From an uncultured Chloroflexia bacterium (GTDB lineage Bacteria > Chloroflexota > Chloroflexia > QHBQ01 > JADMIH01): a stretch of DNA of 64,000 nt. The position numbers were made by a program, and so were the translations under genes. Where the stretch lies: NCBI GenBank assembly GCA_963797095.1, contig CAWCNY010000003.1, positions 1,056,001-1,120,000 of the forward strand, given 5' to 3'. The notes under the pieces were generated by a model. That model was given only the letters and a program-made list of their open reading frames with translations, was not told where the DNA came from and searched no databases. Shown here one piece after another: positions 39,896 through 49,588 of this stretch (position 1 is its first letter; every line of letters begins with the position of its first letter).

Positions 39896-40019
39896 CCGCG
39901 GGCCATTACTGACCCGCAGCCCCCTCAGATTTTCTTCTACCGAATAGCTCCTTCCGTTGCTTCGGGCACGCACCGACCAACCCTAGACGCGAATGACTGC
40001 GTCTCAAGGCCGCTCTGTT

Positions 40020-42485
40020 CTACTGAGCTTTGTCAATTACAAGCAGGGTGATAGAGTAAGGCGGGAGTGATACATTCACGCTCGCACCATCCAGGGACAC
40101 GTCCGGCAGGGCCTCAATGCTGAGGCTGCTCTCGAGGTCTGTGTTGTCGCTCATCTGGTAGACTTTAGCAGGCCCTCGAAAGTTGCCGCCTTGCATCGCT
40201 ATTTGCGTATTCATCTGATCCCCCCCGGTCTTATTCAGCACCATAATCTTGACCTGGTTGCTCTTGGTGTCCTCGCTGGCATAAACCGACAACTTGTCCG
40301 GGTCGGTGGCTGATGTTGCAGCCACCGACACGTCCCCGAAGGTGCCATCGTGCCCATCGAAGTTACGGTACATCTTGAAAGCTTCCTCTCCAGGCATACC
40401 CAGCTTCAGAGGTGCGTTGTAGATGTCGTCCCAGTAGCAGGCAAGGTCTACCCCTTCTCGACCATAGATCCCCAACACGTCAGCGATAGCCAGCGCGCCG
40501 TTCATCGTGGCTTCGGCATACCACCTCCATTCGGTGATGCCCAGTTTGGTGCCGGGATAATACTGGTCGATCCAGCCCTTCATGCGGGGAATTAGCTCCA
40601 CGTTCGTCGGGTCATTGTAGCTGTCGCCGTCTGCTATCCACGACTCGTCTTTATAGGAGGGGTCCCAGAGGCCGCGAGTAGAGCGCAGCCGCAGTGCAGC
40701 GTCCGTCGAGTTGGTCATACCGCTCTGCACGCCGGGGGCCTGAGGGTAGTGGTGGATGTCGAGCACGTCCAGGGTGCGCTCGCCTGTCTTCTGATCGCTC
40801 TTGTTCACCTGGTCGAGGAACCATGGGATGAAAGGCATGCCTCCGTGTGCCTTGCGGTCAGCTGCCGTCTGGTAGTTGTCATTGCCCGCGTCGAGAGCCG
40901 AGTACCAGTAGTTGGTCCATCCCCAGGACACAGGTCCGGTCACTCTTGCTGTGTTGTCAACCGCCTTCACCGCGCCCGAATATTCCAGAAAGAGATCGAG
41001 CAGGTCGTCGTAACCCAGCCTGGAAGGGTGAATATCTCTGTGCGTGTCGGCCCACAGGTCCGGTTCGTTGTCCATCGCATAGAAGTCTACACCTCCGTTC
41101 GCTGATTTACCGAAGGTGTTGGTCAAATGCGATACCCATTCGTCCTGGTAGACCGAGGGCGCGTTGGGATCGGGCGGGTCCTGAAACGGCGCGTTCTTGC
41201 GCGCCACCGATCTGACGCTTGTAGCCCGCCGGTTTTGCTCTGGATCGTAGCCCTGAATGGCACCCTTTGCATCGTATTGAGGGTCATCGGGGACGTTTGT
41301 TGACTTCGTGTCATTGTTGTTGTCCCTGGCGACATAGCCCAACATCGGTATGGTAAGCAAAGTGGCTATGTCTGCATTCTTGTCATGCGCCATTGCGATG
41401 TCCGCCACCCCGGAAGGCTTCTCGGCGGCAGGGTCCTGGCTGAGTGATACGTTCTCGTACACATCGTCGGCCCCGGCATTGGAGGCGTCACCAAGCGTCC
41501 AGTTGTAGCGCGACGAAAGGTCCCCGCCCAGGCGATTGAGCGTCAGGTTGGCGTCGCTCATGACGTCGTAGGGCGCGTTCGACATTCCGTAGATGAGCGG
41601 GCTGATCGGATGCCGTTTGCTGCTGATATCAACGCTCACCTGGGCCTGCGTTAGTGTAGGAGTGCCGGGCGGCGGCTCTTCGTTGACGAACCTGATATCG
41701 TCTATATAAAAAGGGGGTTGAGGTTTGTCGGTAGGAGCGAAAAACCTCACAAGGTTGACGTGAACGGCTGCATAATCCGCCATCAAGTCCGATACAGGTA
41801 TAACCACCTCTTGCCAGGTGTTGGCTGGGATGCTTCCGCCTGGAAGATATTTTTCGATTGGCAGGGCAGGCGTATCCGCACCGTTCCCCAGGCTGACACC
41901 AAAGATCTGGCCCCCTGTTGGCCCGCCGTTCACCCAGAAGCGCATGTGAGTGTATTTGGTCAGCTCAACAGCATTGCTGCCCTCATAGTCTGATGCTCCA
42001 AAGGCGCAGTTGCCGCAGTTGTAAGTGACTTTGGCGACAGGGTGGCCGTCCCGCTCGACCTCTGTGTTATGCAGATCGAGGACCGCTCCGCCGTATGATG
42101 CGTCGGTCCATTTGTCGGCAACAGCGCCTGCACTCAATAGCACGAACGGCGTGGGAAGAGCTGCTTGCTGAGCGTCCGCCTCCGTTGGCGCCTGGCTTTC
42201 AATTTGCTCGGCTGAAGGGGTAGCCGTAACAAGAGATGTTCCGTCGGAGGATTGGGTGGGCTCCGCAGCAGTAGCCAGGGGAGCTTGTACCGAAGTAGAA
42301 GCCCTCACTTCAGGAGGGGTCGCGGTGGCATTTTGCCCAACGGGTGTGCCTATCGAACCTGTCAAGTCGCATCCGCCCAGCAAACTCCCAACCATAAGAA
42401 GGAAGCCGGCGGCAAGCAGCCTGGGCGACACTCGTCTGTACGCTTGATAAGCTGTGCTCTGAATCGCTGTCGCTGACTTTTGCAT
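40020..42485 (-). CDS. GH44 endoglucanase/xyloglucanase lipoprotein with CBM-like domain
   Basis: Lipobox LLGGC; ISPLIYG, RLGGDLSSRYNW, MDNEPDLW..THRDIHP, PGTKLGITEW. Confidence 0.85.
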   Translation of the reverse strand: MQKSATAIQSTAYQAYRRVSPRLLAAGFLLMVGSLLGGCDLTGSIGTPVGQNATATPPEVRASTSVQAPLATAAEPTQSSDGTSLVTATPSAEQIESQAPTEADAQQAALPTPFVLLSAGAVADKWTDASYGGAVLDLHNTEVERDGHPVAKVTYNCGNCAFGASDYEGSNAVELTKYTHMRFWVNGGPTGGQIFGVSLGNGADTPALPIEKYLPGGSIPANTWQEVVIPVSDLMADYAAVHVNLVRFFAPTDKPQPPFYIDDIRFVNEEPPPGTPTLTQAQVSVDISSKRHPISPLIYGMSNAPYDVMSDANLTLNRLGGDLSSRYNWTLGDASNAGADDVYENVSLSQDPAAEKPSGVADIAMAHDKNADIATLLTIPMLGYVARDNNNDTKSTNVPDDPQYDAKGAIQGYDPEQNRRATSVRSVARKNAPFQDPPDPNAPSVYQDEWVSHLTNTFGKSANGGVDFYAMDNEPDLWADTHRDIHPSRLGYDDLLDLFLEYSGAVKAVDNTARVTGPVSWGWTNYWYSALDAGNDNYQTAADRKAHGGMPFIPWFLDQVNKSDQKTGERTLDVLDIHHYPQAPGVQSGMTNSTDAALRLRSTRGLWDPSYKDESWIADGDSYNDPTNVELIPRMKGWIDQYYPGTKLGITEWRWYAEATMNGALAIADVLGIYGREGVDLACYWDDIYNAPLKLGMPGEEAFKMYRNFDGHDGTFGDVSVAATSATDPDKLSVYASEDTKSNQVKIMVLNKTGGDQMNTQIAMQGGNFRGPAKVYQMSDNTDLESSLSIEALPDVSLDGASVNVSLPPYSITLLVIDKAQ

Positions 42486-42678
42486 CTTCTCTCCTCCCAT
42501 TTTGGCCACTCTCCACATATCGGGCGGCCTGAATTGGTGCATGCGCCCATGGCACCGGAACTGCGTAGTTACTCTCCAAACTGATCCGCAAACCAGCGAG
42601 ACTCCTCGGTCATCGGAACCTTGGCCTTACCCGGCGCGTGGGCAAAGACCGTCATCACCAGCGAGCTGTCCGCGGAGG

Positions 42679-42927
42679 CTATTTTGCTCGGGTCCTGGTC
42701 CGGGAGCAAGGGGTGGCGTTGGCGCGCGTACCGCCCTCCTTCAAAGCCCCCTCACTCTCCCGGAAGCTGACGGACCCTACCTGCCCATCCTCTCCTTCAA
42801 GCCAATATCCCTCGATATGGCCTTCCTGCTGCCGGAGGGCTGCCATGAAGCGATCCCGAAGGTCGCGGAGCATCTCAGTGTGCACATCAGGTGGCAGCGG
42901 GTTGAAAATGCCAATTCTTGAAATCAT
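42679..42927 (-). pseudogene. Small dimeric alpha/beta-barrel (ABM-like) protein, probably degraded
   Basis: ALRQQEGHIEGYWL...VGSVSFRESEGAL; AAGGAG RBS; C-terminus looks out of frame. Confidence 0.4.
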
Positions 42928-42953
42928 TGGGAGTTCTCCTTCTGACTTGTTGA

Positions 42954-43350
42954 TCATCGTGACGCAATTAGTGGATCTAGCTCCCCTGAACCATATGGAG
43001 AGTCAAGGTGCCTCAAGCTTTGCTGTTTCGTGCCGTCGAGGCCATACCTCAGGAGATCGTACAGTCCCCAGGTAACCACTTTCGACGGTCCAGCTATCCC
43101 TGGCTCGGCGTGCGCAGGGCGCAGCTTGTTCTCTATATATTGCTGGAGCTTTTCTGGAGACTCCCATACGGCCACGATCCGCCACCCATCCGGTCCGGGG
43201 TCGGCGATATGTGCCTGGCAGCCATCGGGTAAACGATAACGGTCACCTTGCTTCTCCCCCGCCTGGTCATGTAGCTCGGCGGTCATGCCAGGCATATCGA
43301 CCATTGCGACCAGCGCCTTCTGTGTTCTTTTGTCGGTTCTGTTCTGCCAT
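42954..43350 (-). pseudogene. Small ABM-like protein with 5' frameshift
   Basis: PDGCQAHIA..GPDGWRIVAVWESPE; RBS-linked ATG 43350 is out of frame with the body. Confidence 0.45.
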
Positions 43351-43475
43351 TGACTTGTTTCTCCTTTCGAAAACGCAAACTCTTATCCGCTACGCTTTGC
43401 AGTCTTCGTGCGACGCAAGGACTTTGCGGGAGCACATCGCTCATGCATGATAGCGCCTGCGTAGGGCAGGCGGCC

Positions 43476-43536
43476 AGAGTTTGGTTTCCCGGCGGTTTCG
43501 GGAATAATGCCCTCAATAACCGGGAAACCAAACTCT
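43476..43536. promoter_or_regulatory. 17-bp perfect inverted repeat serving divergent promoters
   Basis: AGAGTTTGGTTTCCCGG-N27-CCGGGAAACCAAACTCT; TATCAT 23 nt leftward and TATTCT 22 nt rightward. Confidence 0.65.
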
Positions 43537-43630
43537 AGGATGGCAGCTTTCGGTGCGCTATTCTGTCGAGAGGACGGCAGTTGCGGTTATTGCCTCACAA
43601 TTCATAGATGGATACAGAAAGGAGCAGACA

Positions 43631-44227
43631 ATGAATCTTCGCCGTTTTGGTGGTTATGCGCTGTGTGTCAGCGCCCTCATTAGCCTCTCACTATCTTTGT
43701 GGTATAACTTGGGTGGTGACAATAGCACTCTTGTCACAGTAGCGGCTCTTCTGGGGGGGACATTGTTCATCGTGGGGCTGCCCGCCATACAAAGTATGCA
43801 GCCACAGACCGGTCGCCTGGGTCAGGTAGGTCTTGCTCTTATGGCGCTCGGATCCCTTACGGCCATGGGTGTTTACCTCTACTCCACCATATCCGGCTCA
43901 GATACGGGAGAAGCAGCGCCTTTCGCGAGCGCTCTATTGGCGTTAGCGGGCGACCTGCTCGTTGGCTGGCTCACCATCGGAGGACGAGAGTTCGCGGCCC
44001 AGAATGCACCCCGCTCACCGGAGCGCGTCTTCCCGGCGTGGGTAGGATGGCTGCTGATAGCAGGCGGCGTGTTGAACTTCGCGGGCGGGCTGATGCCTGC
44101 GGGTGACCTTGCAACGGCGGTCGGAGTTATCAGCGCGATTGCAATGCCTGCGGCCCTGATCGGATTTGGCTTGCTGATCGTGCGGTCACAGGAAGCTGCG
44201 GTCGTAGATGGACGATCCAGAGTGTAA
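43631..44227 (+). CDS. Hypothetical multi-pass membrane protein
   Basis: AAAGGAG RBS; about 6 TMs; FPAWVGWLLIAG motif. Confidence 0.75.
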   Translation: MNLRRFGGYALCVSALISLSLSLWYNLGGDNSTLVTVAALLGGTLFIVGLPAIQSMQPQTGRLGQVGLALMALGSLTAMGVYLYSTISGSDTGEAAPFASALLALAGDLLVGWLTIGGREFAAQNAPRSPERVFPAWVGWLLIAGGVLNFAGGLMPAGDLATAVGVISAIAMPAALIGFGLLIVRSQEAAVVDGRSRV

Positions 44228-44253
44228 AGATCAGAGTGTAAAGAGATGTGATC

Positions 44254-45720
44254 GTAAGTGTTCAGACTTGAGGTGGAGCAATTTCCACTATATGCTATGG
44301 GCATGACTGTTGAAGAAGAAGTTGCCCAGCTGAGGGAAGAGAATAGGCAGCTACGTGAACAGCTTGAGCAAGCATTGGCTGTGATTGCTCAACTACGTGC
44401 AGAACTGGACAAGTACAGAGAGAACAAGAGCAAACCACCTTCCTTCGTCAAGCCCAACAGTGCCAAACCCAAAGACAAAGCCCAAAAGCAGCCCCGCCGC
44501 AAACGAGCCAAAGACCAAAACGGTGCTCGTCGTCGGGAGCAAAACCCCACCCAAACGATACAGCATACAGTGCAGCAGTGTCCCACCTGCGCCTACCCTC
44601 TGCAACACCCCCAAATCGCCCAGCGCCGTCAGGTGATAGAACTGCCTCCTCCCCTTCCTGTAGAAGTTACCGAGCACCAGTTGTACAAGAGTTGGTGCCC
44701 TCGTTGTGAGAAGTGGCATCAGGGGCACGTTGACCTGAGCACACAGGTAATCGGACAAAGCAGAATGGGAGTACGCATTGCCTCCCTCATAGCTTACCTA
44801 CGTACCACATTGAGAATGCCGGTCCGCCTCATCAGGGAGTACCTGTTGAGCCTGCACAATCTGACCATCTCCACTGGAGAGATAGTGGAGTTGCTGCATC
44901 GAGTGGCAGGGGCTGAAAAGGTGCAAGCGGCTACCCAGTCAATCAAGGAACGGGTGAGAAAGAGTGCTATCGTGCATGGCGATGAAACAGGGTGGCGAGA
45001 AGGGGGACACAACGGCTACATCTGGTGCTTTTGTACACCCGATGGTGAGCGATACTACGAGTATGACCACTCACGAGCAGGGGCTGTAGTCAAACGGATA
45101 CTCGGCTCAGAGTTCAAAGGCACCCTTGTGACCGACTTCTATGTAGCGTACAACGACTTGCCATGTGAGCACCAACGCTGCTGGGTGCATCTGCTGAGAG
45201 ACTTACATAAGCTGAAAGAAGAGCACAAAGAGGGTCCGGATAACGAGGCAGTGCTGGGTTGGGCTGCTCAGTTACGCAAGCTGTACGACCAGGCTCAAAA
45301 CGCCTTGAAAGGTAAGGGTCGTTGGGGACGATGGCCTCCCACCCAGCAACAACGAGAAGTGCTCTACATAGAACTGGTTGAAGGTGTGGCACAACTGGCA
45401 GGGCGGTACTCAAATGCCAAAGAACATGGTGCTCACCCATGCCACACATTGTCCAAACGATTGATGCTGCACCAGGACAGCCTGTTTCAGTTCGTGCTAC
45501 AAGAGGGCTTGTCGGCTGACAACAACCTGGCCGAGCGCTCGGTACGTCCTGTGGTGGTGATGCGTAAGGTATCAGGCGGCTCTCAATCCGAGCGCGGCTC
45601 ACGCACTCGCATGACGTTGGCCTCCTTGTTTGGCACCTGGCGTGCTAAGGGTCTCAATCCCTTCTCAGAATGTATGCTCCTCTTGGTTCAACCCTCTACA
45701 CCATTAGTCTGAACACTTAC
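44254..45720 (+). mobile_element. Intact single-ORF IS66-family element (ISBst12-like), 1467 bp
   Basis: 15-bp perfect TIR GTAAGTGTTCAGACT/AGTCTGAACACTTAC; 8-bp TSD ATGTGATC at 44246-44253 and 45721-45728. Confidence 0.95.
44303..45712 (+). CDS. IS66 DDE transposase
   Basis: Coiled coil, CPTC...CPRC zinc finger, HGDETGW, VTDFY, QRCWVHLLR, NNLAERSVR; TTGAGG-17-TATGCT-6-ATG. Confidence 0.93.
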   Translation: MTVEEEVAQLREENRQLREQLEQALAVIAQLRAELDKYRENKSKPPSFVKPNSAKPKDKAQKQPRRKRAKDQNGARRREQNPTQTIQHTVQQCPTCAYPLQHPQIAQRRQVIELPPPLPVEVTEHQLYKSWCPRCEKWHQGHVDLSTQVIGQSRMGVRIASLIAYLRTTLRMPVRLIREYLLSLHNLTISTGEIVELLHRVAGAEKVQAATQSIKERVRKSAIVHGDETGWREGGHNGYIWCFCTPDGERYYEYDHSRAGAVVKRILGSEFKGTLVTDFYVAYNDLPCEHQRCWVHLLRDLHKLKEEHKEGPDNEAVLGWAAQLRKLYDQAQNALKGKGRWGRWPPTQQQREVLYIELVEGVAQLAGRYSNAKEHGAHPCHTLSKRLMLHQDSLFQFVLQEGLSADNNLAERSVRPVVVMRKVSGGSQSERGSRTRMTLASLFGTWRAKGLNPFSECMLLLVQPSTPLV

Positions 45721-45732
45721 ATGTGATCGCCT

Positions 45733-47001
45733 ATGTTCGTGCGTTCCATGCTGGTTCTAGTTCTGCTGCTCGGGTTTCTATCGGCCTCCCTCCTTACGGG
45801 ATGCAACGACTCCTCGGCACTGCCTCCCGACCCAACGCAGTCGCCCGCCGATTTCCTCAACAACGCCCTCGACTGGATTCAGGCTCACGCGGCAACAGAG
45901 CGCAATTTGGACTGGCAACGGGTACGCAAGGAGGCGCTAGCCATGTCCCCCGATCCCACGTCCCCAGCCGATACCTATCCGGCAATCAGGTTCGCTTTGC
46001 ATCAGCTCGGCAACTACGCCTTCCTCTTCCCTCCCTTCGACTCGAGTGACTCGCGTGACCCTGAACTGCATATGCTCTACCCAGATGGTCTGGTCTTCCG
46101 GCTGGCACCGGGTGGCGCGGCGGCACAGGCAGGCGTGCAGGTGGGCGACGTGGTCGAGCAGATTAACGGCGCACCTCTCCAACCATACGAAGGATTTGCA
46201 CCGGCAGATCTCAGCAGTTGGATCGCCGAAACAGTCAAAGCTTCCACTTATACCCTCACATTGCACAAAGGAGGGAGCGCCCCGCCCGTCCAGATCACCT
46301 ATCCCGCAGGCAGCGCATTCACTCCCGACAAGCCTGTTGTACGGCGGCTGGACGCGGCCGATGTCGGGTACGTAGAGTTGCCTCCGGGGGCAGGCAGCAG
46401 CTACGCTCCGGCTATACAGGAGGGTATGCGCGAGGTCGATAGCCCACCGGTGTGCGGGTGGATTGTCGACCTGCGACGCGCTCCAACAGGTGTTCTGTGG
46501 ACGATGCTGGCAGCCATAGGGCCTCTGCTCGGCGATGGGCAGCTTGGCGGCTTCCTCTTCCCTGACGGCACCCGTGAAAGCTGGTCGTACCAGGGCGGTA
46601 AAGTACTCTTAAATGGAGAGGAGGAGCCGGAAGGCGAGGTCGATGGCGATATCTACCAGCCGGGGCGAGCCATGCCACCCCTGGCGCTCCTCGTCAGCAA
46701 AGTGACCCAGGCGGCTCCGGAAGCACTGGTGGCTGCCTTCGAAGGCAGACCCAACACGCGTATCTTCGGCGAAGCCACCTCCGGCGCTCCCGTATTGGTG
46801 TATGCCACAGAGTTGAGCGATGGCGCTCAGATCTACGTGAGCAGAGCCTACGCTCTGGACCGCAACGGCACTGTCTACAGCGGACCTATACAGCCAGACC
46901 AGGTTGTAGCCACGGATTGGCCGCGCTTCGGCACCCCCAACGACCCGGTAATAGGCGCAGCCTCCGAGTGGCTGCAAACGCAGCCGGGGTGCAGCCGGTG
47001 A
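45733..47001 (+). CDS. S41-family PDZ lipoprotein with degenerate active site
   Basis: Lipobox LLTGC; PDZ AAQAGVQVGDVVEQING; GWIVDLR, FGEATSG, LSDGA, IQPD; TQAAPE where TASxxE is expected. Confidence 0.8.
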   Translation: MFVRSMLVLVLLLGFLSASLLTGCNDSSALPPDPTQSPADFLNNALDWIQAHAATERNLDWQRVRKEALAMSPDPTSPADTYPAIRFALHQLGNYAFLFPPFDSSDSRDPELHMLYPDGLVFRLAPGGAAAQAGVQVGDVVEQINGAPLQPYEGFAPADLSSWIAETVKASTYTLTLHKGGSAPPVQITYPAGSAFTPDKPVVRRLDAADVGYVELPPGAGSSYAPAIQEGMREVDSPPVCGWIVDLRRAPTGVLWTMLAAIGPLLGDGQLGGFLFPDGTRESWSYQGGKVLLNGEEEPEGEVDGDIYQPGRAMPPLALLVSKVTQAAPEALVAAFEGRPNTRIFGEATSGAPVLVYATELSDGAQIYVSRAYALDRNGTVYSGPIQPDQVVATDWPRFGTPNDPVIGAASEWLQTQPGCSR

Positions 47002-47062
47002 TGCGGCAAGATTGGAGGTCGGATTTGCCGACGAGCGCGCAGCCGCGTGAGGGGAGCGAGGC

Positions 47063-49549
47063 ATGAGCAGCGAGATGCTCCTTGCAGAGGTTGCACGCCT
47101 GGACTTTGCCTCTCGCCCCGGCAAGAACTCCACCAGGCTGAGCGGGCTTCCGCTCGCCGCCGGGCGCCTCTTGTGGCTGGTGCTCGTGCTTGGAGCGACG
47201 GCCCTCTTCACGCTCGGCATGCCCGCCCGAGCCGACGAGTTGAGGCAGCAATACGCCGGCAGCTTCCCCGCCGACCTGAGCGTTGAACACAACGGGGTGG
47301 TGCATCTTTCAATGTGGCAATACAACCACCAATTCTTCGCGGATTGGGGAGCCGAGCAACTGGTGCACCTTGGCGTGCTGGAGGGAGACGCGCTGGTGGC
47401 TGTAGACGGAGTTCCGGTGAGATTCGCTCCGGGCCAGGCGTTGCCGGACGGCTGGCTTGCGGGGCCTATCGGCAGCCTGGTAGCCATAACCGTCCGCACG
47501 GGCGACGGTCCGGCCCGCACCTACTCTCTGCTGAGGGGCGGGCCGGGAGCCGATTCGCTGGCCGCGCTCGGCATTACCGGCGACTTTGTCTACAACTTCG
47601 CTATGGCCACAGAAATACTCTTTGCGGCGGTCTTCATTGCCATCGGAGCTGTTATCTTCTGGCGCAGGTCGGACGACTGGCTGGCCCTCCTCGCTTCGGC
47701 AAGCTCCATAATGCTTTTTGTAGGCGCATCGTCGCCCGTCATCTCGATAACACGGGCCACCCCCTCCGCTGGCGACCGCCTTGACGAGTGGTTTCTGCTT
47801 GCCATAGTGTCACTGCTGACGTTTCTCTACCTCTTTCCGGGCGGGCGCTTCTTCCAGCGCTGGACTGCAGGAGCGGCGGCCTTGCTGGCCTTGTGGGTGA
47901 TTATCGCGCCCCTCGTCCCCGATCTCTACCCCTGGCACCTCGACCCGCTGCCTGATCTCGCCTTGATATTTATCACTATAGGAAGCGGTGTACTCGCCCA
48001 GGTGTTGCGCTACCGCACTCTTCAGGACACCAGGGCACGCCTACAGACAAAGTGGGTGCTCTTCGGGGTGGGGGCAGCCACAGCAGGCCTGGTTGCCAAG
48101 TACTGGCTCCAAGTGGTCGATTGGCCTCCACCCACCGTGCTGGTGGTCACAATGTACAACCTGATCTTTTACCCACCGGCGCTCCTGTTGCAGATGCTCC
48201 TTCCGCTAGGCATGCTCTTCGCCATCGTGCGGTACAGGCTGTTCGACATCGACACGATTATCAACCGCACTCTTGTCTATGGCTCCCTGACAGCGGTGGT
48301 CTTCGGTCTTTACGTGTTGATTGTCACTCTGCTGGGTGCGCTCTTCCAGACGAGTACGAACCTCGTGCTTTCACTGCCGGCCACCGCCGTGGCGGCTGTG
48401 ATCTTCCAGCCGCTGCGCGAGCGACTGCAACGCGCTGTCAATCGCCTGATGTACGGCGAGCGCGACGAGCCTTACAGCGTGATCTCACGCCTGGGCACCA
48501 GATTGGAAGGAGCTTTCGAGCCTTCGGCTGTCTTGCCGGCCATCGTTGAAACAGTAGCGCAGGCGCTCAAGCTCCCCTATGTGGCAATCACTTTGCGAGA
48601 GGGCGAGCAGGTCAAGGTTGGTGCCCAGTACGGCACCGGCAGCGGAGACTTACTGAGGCTGCCCCTCACCTACGCCGGAGCGAACATCGGCGAGATGCTT
48701 CTCGCCCCGCGCTCGCCTGGTGAGGAATTCACCCCCGGCGACAGAAAACTCCTGCAACAGCTTGCGCAGCAGGCGGGGGCGGCGGCAAACGCCGTATTGC
48801 TGCACGATGACCTGGAGCGCTCACGGCGGCGCATAGTGGAGGCACGCGAAGAGGCGCGGCGCAAGCTGGGAAGCGACCTCCACGACGGGGTGGGACACAG
48901 GCTGGCGGGCCTCCTGAGAAGGCAGGAGCTTGCGGCCTCTTTGCTGCAGCGCGACCCCGCCGCCGCGGAAGCCACCCTGCGAGAGGTAGCATCGCAGACG
49001 CGCTCGGCCATAGACAACGTGCGGCAGCTAGCCCACAAGTTGCACCCGCCCGAGCTGGAGTTGCTGGGTCTGGCGGGTGCATTGCGAGAGCGGGTGCAGC
49101 AGCTAGGCTACGAAGGCGCAGAGGCCCTTCGGATCACAGTTGACGCGCCACAGGTCCTCCCGCCCTTGCCTGTGGCGGTGGAGGTGGCCGCCTACTATAT
49201 CGCCCAGGAGGCGCTTACCAACGTTACCAGGCATGCAGGAGCCACTCATGTGTCAGTTAGATTGCATGCCGAAGCGTGGTCAGGGCAAGACGCGGCGAGC
49301 AGCGGCGCAGCTACCGGCGAGCAGCCGGCCACCCGCGCTCTCCAACTTGAGGTCGTTGATGACGGCAAAGGTTTGCCTGCTGAGCAAACGGACGGTCAGG
49401 GCAAGCCTGGCCTGGGGCTGGCTTCCATGAGGGAGCGAGCAGCCGAGTTGGGGGGCAAAGTTACGATAGAGCCTCGGCCCGGTGGAGGCACTATCGTGTT
49501 TGCATGGCTCCCTTGCCCCGTGTGCCCACCTGACGAACCAAAAGAGTGA
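47063..49549 (+). CDS. Sensor histidine kinase (PDZ-like loop, multiple TMs, GAF, HisKA_3, HATPase)
   Basis: GVLEGDALVAVDG, RYRLFDID, DLHDGVG, EALTNV.RHA, DDGKG, GLGLASMRERA. Confidence 0.9.
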   Translation: MSSEMLLAEVARLDFASRPGKNSTRLSGLPLAAGRLLWLVLVLGATALFTLGMPARADELRQQYAGSFPADLSVEHNGVVHLSMWQYNHQFFADWGAEQLVHLGVLEGDALVAVDGVPVRFAPGQALPDGWLAGPIGSLVAITVRTGDGPARTYSLLRGGPGADSLAALGITGDFVYNFAMATEILFAAVFIAIGAVIFWRRSDDWLALLASASSIMLFVGASSPVISITRATPSAGDRLDEWFLLAIVSLLTFLYLFPGGRFFQRWTAGAAALLALWVIIAPLVPDLYPWHLDPLPDLALIFITIGSGVLAQVLRYRTLQDTRARLQTKWVLFGVGAATAGLVAKYWLQVVDWPPPTVLVVTMYNLIFYPPALLLQMLLPLGMLFAIVRYRLFDIDTIINRTLVYGSLTAVVFGLYVLIVTLLGALFQTSTNLVLSLPATAVAAVIFQPLRERLQRAVNRLMYGERDEPYSVISRLGTRLEGAFEPSAVLPAIVETVAQALKLPYVAITLREGEQVKVGAQYGTGSGDLLRLPLTYAGANIGEMLLAPRSPGEEFTPGDRKLLQQLAQQAGAAANAVLLHDDLERSRRRIVEAREEARRKLGSDLHDGVGHRLAGLLRRQELAASLLQRDPAAAEATLREVASQTRSAIDNVRQLAHKLHPPELELLGLAGALRERVQQLGYEGAEALRITVDAPQVLPPLPVAVEVAAYYIAQEALTNVTRHAGATHVSVRLHAEAWSGQDAASSGAATGEQPATRALQLEVVDDGKGLPAEQTDGQGKPGLGLASMRERAAELGGKVTIEPRPGGGTIVFAWLPCPVCPPDEPKE

Positions 49550-49588
49550 AGCAAAGAAGGATAGAGGGATAGAGGGATAGAGGGATCG

